NCBI RefSeq assembly: GCF_047555085.1
Contig: NZ_CP180230.1
Span: 240,001 to 272,000, forward strand
DNA from: Candidatus Saccharimonadota bacterium
GTDB taxonomy: Archaea > Nanohalarchaeota > Nanosalinia > Nanosalinales > Nanosalinaceae
DNA length: 32,000 bases
Direction of reading: 5' to 3'
Shown here: positions 7,797 to 15,360 of the stretch, piece after piece
How the letters are laid out: each line of letters opens with the position of its first letter
Numbering within the stretch: position 1 is the first letter of the stretch
Position numbers and translations under genes: made by a program
The notes under the pieces: model-generated
The model's input: the letters and a program-made list of their open reading frames with translations, nothing else
Databases searched by the model: none
What the model was told of the DNA's origin: nothing

Positions 7797-8967
7797 AGAT
7801 TTCCGAGGCCTCTCGGACTGATTCCAGGAATTTTTCCACGTCTTCTTCAGTATTGTAGATGTAAGGTGATGCCCGGGTCGCACCGTTTACATCAAGTTCC
7901 ACCATCTGCGGCTGAGCACAGTGATGACCGGCTCTCACAGCAACTCCATGCTGGTTCAAAACCTCTGCAACATCGTGCGGATGCGCGTACTCGCACGTGA
8001 AAGAAACAAGATTCGCTCCCTCCGGAGAAATCACGTCGATACCTTCGATCTCCTCAAGGCCTCCAATCATTTTCTCTGCAAGCTTCTTGCTGTGAGCTGA
8101 AACATTCTCCATACCTATATCTTCAAGATACTCGACAGCAGCTGCAAGGCCTACAGCACCTGCAACATTCGGTGTTCCGGCCTCGAACCTTTCGGGAGCA
8201 TCTGCATACTTTACTTCGTCGTGCTCAACAGAGTTGATCATTCCTCCGCCAACCTGATAAGGCCTCATATCCTGCAATAGCTCTTTTTTACCGTAGAGCA
8301 CTCCTGTTCCTGAAGGCCCCAGCATCTTGTGGCCTGAGAAAGCCACGAAATCCGCATCGATATCTTTGACATCAAGAGGCCTGTGAGGAGCACTCTGGGC
8401 GGCATCAAGCACAACTAGAGCATCGTTGTCGTGAGCTATCTCAATAATTTCTTCTACGGGATTCTCAGCTCCAAAAACATTTGATATATGAGATATAGCT
8501 ACAAGGCCTGTATCTTCATCGATCTTATCTTTTGCGGATTTGATAGAGATCTTCCCGTTCTCTGTCCCAAGGTACTCTATATTTTTATCTTCTTCATCAG
8601 CTTTTCTGCGCCATGGCAGCTGTTCCGAGTGATGAGCCATCTTTGAAAGCACGATACCGCCTTCAAAATCAAGAGATGAGGCCAGAAGATTTTCTGCCTC
8701 AGTAGTATTCCTTACGAAAATTACTTCGTCGCTGTCTGCATTGATGAATCCTGCTACCTTACTCCGGGCATCCTTGTAGGCCTGCGTGGCATCGTTCGCC
8801 AGTTCGTAAAGGCCTCTACCAATATTTGAATTATTTTCTCTGTAGAAATTCTCTACGGCATCTATAACTGATTCTGGTTTCTGTGAAGTGGCTGCGTTGT
8901 CGAGATACGCCAGTTCAGGCCTTTCATCGAATATCGGGAAGTCTTCCCTGATTTTTTCTGGTTTCAT
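7783..8967 (-). CDS. sufS: Cysteine desulfurase SufS (class V aminotransferase)
   Basis: PLP-lysine motif FSGHKMLGPSGTGVLYG, active-site RAGHHCAQP, N-terminal YLDNAATSQKP. Confidence 0.92.
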   Translation of the reverse strand: MKPEKIREDFPIFDERPELAYLDNAATSQKPESVIDAVENFYRENNSNIGRGLYELANDATQAYKDARSKVAGFINADSDEVIFVRNTTEAENLLASSLDFEGGIVLSKMAHHSEQLPWRRKADEEDKNIEYLGTENGKISIKSAKDKIDEDTGLVAISHISNVFGAENPVEEIIEIAHDNDALVVLDAAQSAPHRPLDVKDIDADFVAFSGHKMLGPSGTGVLYGKKELLQDMRPYQVGGGMINSVEHDEVKYADAPERFEAGTPNVAGAVGLAAAVEYLEDIGMENVSAHSKKLAEKMIGGLEEIEGIDVISPEGANLVSFTCEYAHPHDVAEVLNQHGVAVRAGHHCAQPQMVELDVNGATRASPYIYNTEEDVEKFLESVREASEIFNAT

Positions 8968-9060
8968 GTTGTATTGTTGGGAGGCCTGATCTTTTCAGGT
9001 TACTGTTGGTGTCATTGACGTTACCTAAGTTCTATAAGTATTGTAAAATGTCTCTCAATT

Positions 9061-9612
9061 ATGGCGGAGGATTCAAAGCAGAAAATAATGGATGCGACTT
9101 ACTGCGCGCTCTGTGAGCATGGATATGCAGATCTTTCTATACAGAAGATTGCTGATGAGTTCGATAAAGGGAAGTCGCTGATTTACTATCACTACGATGA
9201 TAAAGAGGACTTGATGCTGTCCTTCCTTGACTACATGCAGAATCATATGGAGAGTACTCACGAAGAAATCATGGATCTATCTCCGGAGGAAAGACTGGAC
9301 GCATTTCTTGACAAGGCTCTGGGCCTGGAGGAAAAGGAGCGATGGGAGTTCCAGAAAGCTTTCCTCGAGTTGAGAGCTCAGGCAGCCCACAACGAAAAAT
9401 TCAAGGAAAAATTCGGACAGATGGACAGACAGATACTTGAAAATCTGGAGGAGATACTCTCAGGCATCGGAATTGAAAACAGAGATATATCTGAGATAGT
9501 TCTTTCCTCAGTAGAAGGAGCAGCAAGTAGGAAAGTTTCCATAGGCGATAGAGAAGGCCTCCAAGAAATGAAAGGAACGATAAAGGATACTGTAGAAAAT
9601 CTTTCAAATTAA
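9061..9612 (+). CDS. TetR family transcriptional regulator
   Basis: N-terminal HTH KIMDATYCALCEHGYADLSIQKIADEFDKGKSLIYYHYDDKEDLM. A TATA-like tataag lies about 28 nt upstream of the ATG, so the transcript is probably leaderless. The gene is divergent from sufS. Confidence 0.88.
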   Translation: MAEDSKQKIMDATYCALCEHGYADLSIQKIADEFDKGKSLIYYHYDDKEDLMLSFLDYMQNHMESTHEEIMDLSPEERLDAFLDKALGLEEKERWEFQKAFLELRAQAAHNEKFKEKFGQMDRQILENLEEILSGIGIENRDISEIVLSSVEGAASRKVSIGDREGLQEMKGTIKDTVENLSN

Positions 9613-9619
9613 AAATTTT

Positions 9620-11158
9620 TTAACTGCTGAAGAAGTCCGGTAGCTCCGGCTTCAGGCCTCCTAGCTTCTCTGTAATGGTTCCTCCGAATCCTTCAGTCTC
9701 CTCTGCAACTTCTCCCTGTGCTTTATCGTCGTCCGTAATTTTTTGACGCCATGTACCTTTCTGGTACCACAGATATGCGATAGTTGCGCCTGCGACATTC
9801 GAGATGAAGAATGCGGCCCACACACCTGTTGTGCCGATCTTGATCGATCCGATGTACGCAATCGGGAGTCTGATCAGGCCTAGTGTGGCGATTGAGATTA
9901 CTGCGGCTGTAGCTGTCTTTCCAGCTCCTCTGAAGCTGCCGTTGTAGCTTCTGAGGATTCCTATGAATCCGAAGCTGAATGCAACGTATCGCAGGAACTC
10001 TGCACCGGTGCTTGCGATAAGAGCGCTGTTCTCCTGCCCTGATCCGATGAATACACCTGCTATCTGATCAGCAAAGATGAATGTAAGGATTCCAAGGCCT
10101 GTGAGTATCAGGAAGCTGTACTTTGCTCCGTCTCTCGCCGTCTCTCCTGCTCTATCATAGTTTCCTGCTCCCAGGTTTTGACCTGTCATTGATTCCACTC
10201 CTCTGCCGACTGCTGCGGCCGGAAGGAAGATCATTGAGAAAATTCTGATTCCGATTCCGAATCCTGCGACGATTGGGCCTGCGAACGTCCATCCAACGAC
10301 TGCTGTCAGTGCGTTAACTGAGATGGATCGTCCTGCGCCTTCGACTGTCGCCGGGACTCCGATCGCCATCATCTTCTTGAAGAAGCTGAAATCCGGCCCC
10401 ATCTCGCTGAGTGAGATCTGTGGGCCTCTAATACCTTTGAACAGGAGGCCTATTCCGATGCACAGCGATAGTGTTCTTGCAAGTACTGTTGCGACTGCTG
10501 CCCCCTCTACTCCCATCTCCGGTATAATCCAGAATCCGAAGATGAAAAGCGGGTCTATTATGATGTTTAGGATCACTGTTCCGAGCATCAGCAGCATCGG
10601 TGTTACTGTGTCGCCGAATCCTCGCATCAGTGACTGGAAGACCAGGAATCCGAACATTGAGAACAATCCGATCGAAATTATCTCGAGATAGCCTGAGGCT
10701 GAAGCTGCTACAGCGCCTTTTGCACCTAAGAGGCCTACGATATCACCGATGAAAAAGTATCCGAAAAGGCCCAGTATAACAGAGGCTAAAGCAGAGAAAG
10801 CGATAGTTTGAGATGCTGCGTAGTCTCGTTTCTTAGTTTTTCCCGATCCTTCGAACTGTGCTACCAGTACGCTACCTGCGACCGCCAGGCCCATTCCCAG
10901 CGAGATAAGGAAAAATACAAGAGGGAAGGCAAAAGTTATCGCTGTCAAGGCCTCTCCAGAGTACTGCCCCAGCCAGAAAGTATCCGCCAGATTATATGCG
11001 GTCTGAAGAAGATTGATTACAATTACCGGCAGCGAGAGGTAGAAAAGATTTTTCCCGACAGGCCCGTTCAAGAGGTCAAGCTCTTCTTTGGATTTGAACT
11101 GGCCTTTGAACCAGTTGCCTGAGATCGAAAGATTGTCCTTGATTTTGGATAGAACCAT
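9620..11158 (-). CDS. MATE family efflux transporter
   Basis: 12-TM protein. Its N-terminus GPVGKNLFYLSLPVIVINLLQTAYNLADTFWLGQ is typical of MATE/NorM. The ATG at 11158 is used because the longer track ORF would overlap the PadR gene. Confidence 0.88.
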   Translation of the reverse strand: MVLSKIKDNLSISGNWFKGQFKSKEELDLLNGPVGKNLFYLSLPVIVINLLQTAYNLADTFWLGQYSGEALTAITFAFPLVFFLISLGMGLAVAGSVLVAQFEGSGKTKKRDYAASQTIAFSALASVILGLFGYFFIGDIVGLLGAKGAVAASASGYLEIISIGLFSMFGFLVFQSLMRGFGDTVTPMLLMLGTVILNIIIDPLFIFGFWIIPEMGVEGAAVATVLARTLSLCIGIGLLFKGIRGPQISLSEMGPDFSFFKKMMAIGVPATVEGAGRSISVNALTAVVGWTFAGPIVAGFGIGIRIFSMIFLPAAAVGRGVESMTGQNLGAGNYDRAGETARDGAKYSFLILTGLGILTFIFADQIAGVFIGSGQENSALIASTGAEFLRYVAFSFGFIGILRSYNGSFRGAGKTATAAVISIATLGLIRLPIAYIGSIKIGTTGVWAAFFISNVAGATIAYLWYQKGTWRQKITDDDKAQGEVAEETEGFGGTITEKLGGLKPELPDFFSS

Positions 11159-11193
11159 GTAGTGAGATTCTTCTGAAAAAGTTAAAAACCTGT

Positions 11194-11224
11194 ATCGAAT
11201 CGAAACATTTCGAATCGTAATCGA
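11194..11224. promoter_or_regulatory. Cluster of TCGA-containing repeats in the MATE/PadR divergent spacer (candidate PadR operator)
   Basis: Palindrome tcgaaa-ca-tttcga at 11200-11213. The heptamer cgaatcg occurs twice (11196-11202, 11211-11217), and atcga recurs at 11194, 11199 and 11220. Confidence 0.3.
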
Positions 11225-11252
11225 CAAAAAGATTCGTCCACGCTCAAGATTC

Positions 11253-11642
11253 ATGGGAAAGAAAATCCCGGGCAAAGTCCTGAGATTCATGGTGCTGGAG
11301 GCCTGTGAAGAAGGCCCGACCTACGGATATGAAATAGTCTCACGTATCGAGGATATCACCGAAGGCCACTGGAGTCCCAGCTACGGTACTATCTATCCTT
11401 TGATTCAGAGACTGGAGGAAGAAGGCCTCGTCAAATCTCTTTCTGATGAAGAAGCTGAGGAAGAAGGCCTGGAAACCGGCGACAGGAAGTACTTTGCTAT
11501 CACTGATGAAGGCAGTGAGAAACTGGAAGAGGCCTCAAAGGAGAAAAAAGGAAAGTTTGAAGACCTGATTAAAGGGTATCTGAAAGTTTACGAGCATGTT
11601 CACGGCCAGAACGATCTTGAAGAGTTTTTAGGCGACTACTGA
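11253..11642 (+). CDS. PadR family transcriptional regulator
   Basis: GPTYGYEIVSRIEDITEGHWSPSYGTIYPLIQRLEEEGLV...RKYFAITDEGSEKL, a winged-helix PadR signature. Confidence 0.88.
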   Translation: MGKKIPGKVLRFMVLEACEEGPTYGYEIVSRIEDITEGHWSPSYGTIYPLIQRLEEEGLVKSLSDEEAEEEGLETGDRKYFAITDEGSEKLEEASKEKKGKFEDLIKGYLKVYEHVHGQNDLEEFLGDY

Positions 11643-12281
11643 CTACTTCTGTTTCTGGTATTCTCTGTAGGAGTAGAGAACCGAGTAAAGCGAGACTGCA
11701 AGCACCGGTGCCACAGTCAACAGTATGAAGTAATCCGGAAGAATTACTGCTACAAGAGTGATAACTGCAGCAACCTTGAACAGAGGCCCGCATCTCTCAT
11801 GAGTCTTTTTCCATACCTCTTCATCGCTGAGAGTCCACGGCGTTCGGATACCGATAAACCAGTTTTGCCGGGCCTCACCAATCACAACGCCCATAATATA
11901 GTAAAGTGCTGCTATGCCGGGAACAAGGGCCTGGCTGATGCTGAAAGAGTAGCCTAGATTCCAGGAAACTATCAAGGCCTGAATGTAGGTAAGGAATCCC
12001 AGGATTGCTGATATAATAAGCTGGTACTGTTCTTTGAAATCCTGAATATTTTCTCCCAGAGGATCAACGCGTGGAAGAGCTTTGAAAAGGCTGTAGAGAC
12101 CCAGAAACATTGCAGGCATCATTAAGAGTCCGAATAGCTTGCCAGTGACGTTGTCTGGCTGTCCTGCAGCGTTGAAATGTATAGCTATCTGATCTGGTAG
12201 ATTGATCCATCCATAAATGGTGATAGCTGCGAGCAGGAGGCCTGTAAATCCTGAAATATAGTCGTGCTTTTCCAGCTCCAT
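11643..12281 (-). CDS. SdpI/YhfL-family membrane protein (DUF1648 + SdpI domains)
   Basis: LPDQIAIHFNAAGQPDNVTGK (DUF1648-like) and NWFIGIRTPWTLSDEEVWKKTHERCG (SdpI-like), with multiple TM helices. Confidence 0.72.
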   Translation of the reverse strand: MELEKHDYISGFTGLLLAAITIYGWINLPDQIAIHFNAAGQPDNVTGKLFGLLMMPAMFLGLYSLFKALPRVDPLGENIQDFKEQYQLIISAILGFLTYIQALIVSWNLGYSFSISQALVPGIAALYYIMGVVIGEARQNWFIGIRTPWTLSDEEVWKKTHERCGPLFKVAAVITLVAVILPDYFILLTVAPVLAVSLYSVLYSYREYQKQK

Positions 12282-12298
12282 AACTTTCGTACCTGATC

Positions 12299-12499
12299 TT
12301 ATTTTTCCAACTTGAAAAGTTCTTCTACCTTTTGATCGAAAAACTCCGCTATCTTCAGGGCCAGTTCCAGGCTGGGATCGTATTTCCCTGTCTCTATCGC
12401 GTTGATGGTCTGTCTTGAGACGTCCAGTTCTTTTGCCAGCTGTGCCTGTGTGATATCCTGGTTTTTCCGGAATTTTTTGACCTGGTTTCTGATCTCCAT
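12299..12499 (-). CDS. XRE-family (Cro/C1-type) HTH transcriptional regulator, 66 aa
   Basis: KKFRKNQDITQAQLAKELDVSRQTINAIETGKYDPSLELALKIAEFF. Confidence 0.88.
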   Translation of the reverse strand: MEIRNQVKKFRKNQDITQAQLAKELDVSRQTINAIETGKYDPSLELALKIAEFFDQKVEELFKLEK

Positions 12500-12504
12500 A
12501 ACGT

Positions 12505-12747
12505 TTAGTTAGACCCGAGATTTGATAGGCTTAGCCCGTTTTCCAGTCCTTTCCAGTGATAGTAAATCATCGAGAGGATAAACACTGCGAACGGTCCAAA
12601 GGCCATGAAGTACAGAATCCACTGAATCTGATCCATGTAGACAAGATTGTAGGCCCAGACACTGAAATTCACAGCAGTGTACGCGATGAAGCCGTTTCTC
12701 GCACTTTCCGCATGAATCCTGTTTTCTCTTTCATCTCCTCCTTTCAC
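12505..12747 (-). CDS. Small 2-TM membrane protein with N-terminal DER motif
   Basis: GTG start preceded by a strong SD (GGAGGTGA, 6 nt). The GGDERENRI motif is followed by two TM helices. It resembles the C-terminal half of the two upstream paralogues. Confidence 0.55.
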   Translation of the reverse strand: MKGGDERENRIHAESARNGFIAYTAVNFSVWAYNLVYMDQIQWILYFMAFGPFAVFILSMIYYHWKGLENGLSLSNLGSN

Positions 12748-12818
12748 TGTTTTTCACCTCCAAGATTATAGTACAGAATATTCGGTGAGATCTGCATATG
12801 AACATCTGGATGCCAGAT

Positions 12819-13223
12819 TCATTTCTTGAGACCTCTGATTCCTGTTTGTCGAAGATTTTTACAGATCATAATAAGGACTGCGGCAGCGACAGATATTATC
12901 AATATCTCGGGTTTTGACAATGAAAGACTTGTGGCGATACCTACACCTGTAAGAGTTGTCATTACTATGAAGCCGTATGCCAGGCCTTGATCCAGGTTCT
13001 GAATATCTCTTTCATCGTAGCCTGGCTTATCTCTAATCTTCTTAGCTGCGAGATTTCCTATGTTGAAGGCTATGACTGCTCCAAGAGCCACTACAAGACT
13101 GACGCCGGTTTCTGTCGAGAGAAAGGTCTCAGCGACCACCATGCCAGTTAAGGCCCCGATAAAAATCATAAAATTCTGCTTAATAGCTCTATCTAGGCCC
13201 TCGATTCTTCCAGAAAATTCCAT
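12819..13223 (-). CDS. 4-TM membrane protein with central DER loop (DUF2178-like, from memory)
   Basis: Two TM helices, then the loop KPGYDERDIQNLD, then two more TM helices. The ATG directly abuts the upstream stop (TAGATG). Confidence 0.6.
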   Translation of the reverse strand: MEFSGRIEGLDRAIKQNFMIFIGALTGMVVAETFLSTETGVSLVVALGAVIAFNIGNLAAKKIRDKPGYDERDIQNLDQGLAYGFIVMTTLTGVGIATSLSLSKPEILIISVAAAVLIMICKNLRQTGIRGLKK

Positions 13224-13631
13224 CTAATCAGTCACCTCCTTCAAACGCTTCAAGGCCTCGATTAAAATAGCGAACAGCATTATCGCACCCCAAGTCAGAT
13301 AATATGGAGCAACCTGATCGGGATAGCTTTCCAGGTAGCCGGTTCCCAGAGCTATTGAGATTCCGATCATGGCTATACCGAGAAACACGCCTGTCCAGGT
13401 AAAGGCCTTGAATATCGAGTCCTTGGCGATACTGATATCGCGTTCATCCTCTATCGGAGTCTCACTTTTTCTCTTTATCAAATACAGGAGGCCTACTGTC
13501 GCAGTTATCGCAACAGCCGCTCCAATGTACAACTCCGCGGCAAACAGGCCTATAGCTGCTATCATTCCAGCCAGTAAAGTAATTTTATGCGTCTTCTTTG
13601 TAGCATATTTTTCCAGTTCCATACTGATCAC
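13224..13631 (-). CDS. 4-TM membrane protein with central DER loop (paralogue of 12819-13223)
   Basis: Same architecture, with the loop TPIEDERDISIAKD. The start is either GTG 13631 or ATG 13622. Confidence 0.6.
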   Translation of the reverse strand: MISMELEKYATKKTHKITLLAGMIAAIGLFAAELYIGAAVAITATVGLLYLIKRKSETPIEDERDISIAKDSIFKAFTWTGVFLGIAMIGISIALGTGYLESYPDQVAPYYLTWGAIMLFAILIEALKRLKEVTD

Positions 13632-13634
13632 ATG

Positions 13635-13679
13635 ATGTAAAGCGTCCTTGACATTTTTAAATGTAAAGTCTGCTTGACA
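13635..13679. repeat. Two 19-nt direct repeats in a divergent promoter spacer (candidate operator)
   Basis: atgtaaagcgtccttgaca (13635-13653) and atgtaaagtctgcttgaca (13661-13679) match at 16/19 positions with a 26-nt period. Each is followed by an A/T run that could serve as a TATA box for the flanking, probably leaderless, genes. Confidence 0.35.
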
Positions 13680-13714
13680 AAAAATTTTAATTAGTTGGGC
13701 GAGGAATCTCTAGT

Positions 13715-13942
13715 ATGGATTTTTTGAGTGGAGGCCTGAAGAAATCGGTTTTGAAAGCAGTGATAGCTGTTATAATCGCTGCTCCACTGACTTATATAGG
13801 CCTGGATTACTATGCTGCATTGACTGTAAGTGTAGATCCAGGAAATATTGTCTATACTATGGCGACAGGAGGAGCAATAATATCTGGACTACTGGCAGGC
13901 CTCTCTGCTTTCCTGAGTTCCTATATTCGTGTTGAGAATTAA
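13715..13942 (+). CDS. Hypothetical small 2-TM membrane protein
   Basis: 75-aa ORF with an ATG about 25 nt downstream of an A/T-rich TATA-like element and two hydrophobic helices. Confidence 0.5.
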   Translation: MDFLSGGLKKSVLKAVIAVIIAAPLTYIGLDYYAALTVSVDPGNIVYTMATGGAIISGLLAGLSAFLSSYIRVEN

Positions 13943-14150
13943 TTTTCCGGTTCGGCCCAGTCCATGAACTTCTCAAATCCGAACATGATGACTGGAACCA
14001 TAACTACACGGCTGTGTGTAGAAGATTTAGGCTGCCAGTAAAGGCTATCTGATTGAAGACGTAAGAAGCCAGCGTGGCCACAAGACCGGAAATATACAGG
14101 TTCCTTCGACTCATGAAACATTTTTGGGTATCGCGACTTATGCTCTTTTT

Positions 14151-15251
14151 CTATTCTTTTTCGTCCAGTTTCCGCTGGACTTCGGCTCTGATAGATTCTT
14201 TAACCTTCGGCACTTTGATCTCTCGCATAACAGGCTCGAAAAATCCTTTTACGACCAGTCTCTCGGCTTTATCCTCGTTAAGGCCTCTGGATTCCAGGTA
14301 GTGTTGTTTGTCTTTTTCGACTGTTCCGGCAGCTGCGGCGTGACTTGCTTCGACATCTGGATTCTCGATCATAAGTTTCGGTGATGCGTCTGACTCTGCT
14401 TTATCGGATAGCATCAGTGTTTCCTGATCCTGGAAACTGGATGTATCGGTTGCAGTTCTCTCGACTTTCTGCAGGCCTTCGTACAGGCTTCTTGCTTTAT
14501 TATCTACTACGCTTCTTGAATCCATGTCGCATTTCGTATTGTCGCCGATATGCCGGACGTGTAGGGAGATATCGTGGTGCTGTTCTCCTGTAGGATACCA
14601 GACACCTGTCATCTCGGTTTCCGAGTTATCGCCTTTCAGAACGGTCTCGATCTTCGTCCTGTTCAGATCGCCTTCGAAGATTCCGTTCAGCCAGTTAATC
14701 GCACCATATTTCTTTGTGATGGCCTTTCTCCTGCTGTAGGAAAATCCCTCTGGTTTTTCAACTGCGCCGTACTCTACAGAAGCGTTCTCACCGACATAGA
14801 TCTCTGTAAAAGAAGTATTGAACTCTTCGCTATCGGTTTCCTCTGTAACAGTCAGTTCAGCGTTTTTCTCTGCGTCAACGATTAAGTGGCTCATCACAGG
14901 CCTGTCCTCACTGTACTCGATATGCAGCTCCGACTCGCCTGAAGCCTCTGCATAGATCAGAGAGTTAATATTGGCCGCGTGAATCGCGTTCAATTTGTTT
15001 TCATCTGCTTTGATCAGGTCAAAGGCCTTTTTACCGGCTTTTTTCAGGACCTCTTCTCCTGTAAAAACTTTTACTTCGCCTTCAGTCTCTATACTGGCCT
15101 CAATACTTTCTGAACTTGTAATTTTTTCTTCAAGGCCTTCAGGGTACCGAGTCCACGTTCTTCCCGGTGTTCGAATGCTTTCTGGCATTTCAAGGCCTTC
15201 GATCTTTGATCTTGCTTCGTCTCTTATCGTATCTAGCTTCATTTCTATCAC
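14151..15251 (-). CDS. sufD: Fe-S cluster assembly protein SufD
   Basis: The C-terminal region DASPKLMIENPDVEASHAAAAGTVEKDKQHYLESRGLNEDKAERLVVKGFF is typical of SufB/SufD. The gene lies downstream of sufB. The start is GTG 15251 or ATG 15242, and both have an SD. Confidence 0.88.
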   Translation of the reverse strand: MIEMKLDTIRDEARSKIEGLEMPESIRTPGRTWTRYPEGLEEKITSSESIEASIETEGEVKVFTGEEVLKKAGKKAFDLIKADENKLNAIHAANINSLIYAEASGESELHIEYSEDRPVMSHLIVDAEKNAELTVTEETDSEEFNTSFTEIYVGENASVEYGAVEKPEGFSYSRRKAITKKYGAINWLNGIFEGDLNRTKIETVLKGDNSETEMTGVWYPTGEQHHDISLHVRHIGDNTKCDMDSRSVVDNKARSLYEGLQKVERTATDTSSFQDQETLMLSDKAESDASPKLMIENPDVEASHAAAAGTVEKDKQHYLESRGLNEDKAERLVVKGFFEPVMREIKVPKVKESIRAEVQRKLDEKE

Positions 15252-15263
15252 CTAGTCCTCCCG

Positions 15264-15329
15264 ACGAAAATCAGAGATTCGAAGATTTTATGAAAATCTT
15301 CTTCAAGAAAATCTCTGGCGGATTTTCGT
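15264..15329 (-). other. Nested hairpin element in the sufB-sufD intercistronic spacer
   Basis: Stems: 15281-15289/15293-15301 (9 bp), 15272-15279/15310-15317 (8 bp) and 15264-15271/15322-15329 (8 bp). The base of the structure abuts the sufD SD. Confidence 0.4.
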
Positions 15330-15360
15330 TTTCTGAGATCCACGGATTTCGACATCCGTC

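Noticed and set aside
8968-9060. A partial match (cttaggta/tacctaag) to the suf promoter dyad in the sufS-TetR spacer.
   Set aside because: Only a 7-8 nt half-site-like match is present. That is too short to distinguish from chance in AT-rich spacer sequence.
11159-11290. N-terminal 44-aa extension of the MATE ORF (track start 11290).
   Set aside because: It would overlap the PadR start and promoter, and the extension is basic and non-MATE-like. The MATE homology begins at the ATG at 11158.
13990-14057. Possible box C/D sRNA (AUGAUGA near 13992 and CUGA near 14050).
   Set aside because: The boxes are about 57 nt apart. There are no recognisable D' or C' boxes at the expected 12-nt guide spacing and no terminal stem. 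The match is no better than chance.
13939-14121. 60-aa minus-strand ORF downstream of sufD.
   Set aside because: The predicted peptide is basic and aromatic-rich, unlike every credible protein here. I found no SD and recognised no family. The region is kept only as part of the non-coding-gap finding.
15264-15329. GAAAATC-based repeats as a CRISPR array or MITE.
   Set aside because: This is a single locus with 7-9 nt units, with no spacer-repeat periodicity and no second copy in the window. It is better described as a nested hairpin.
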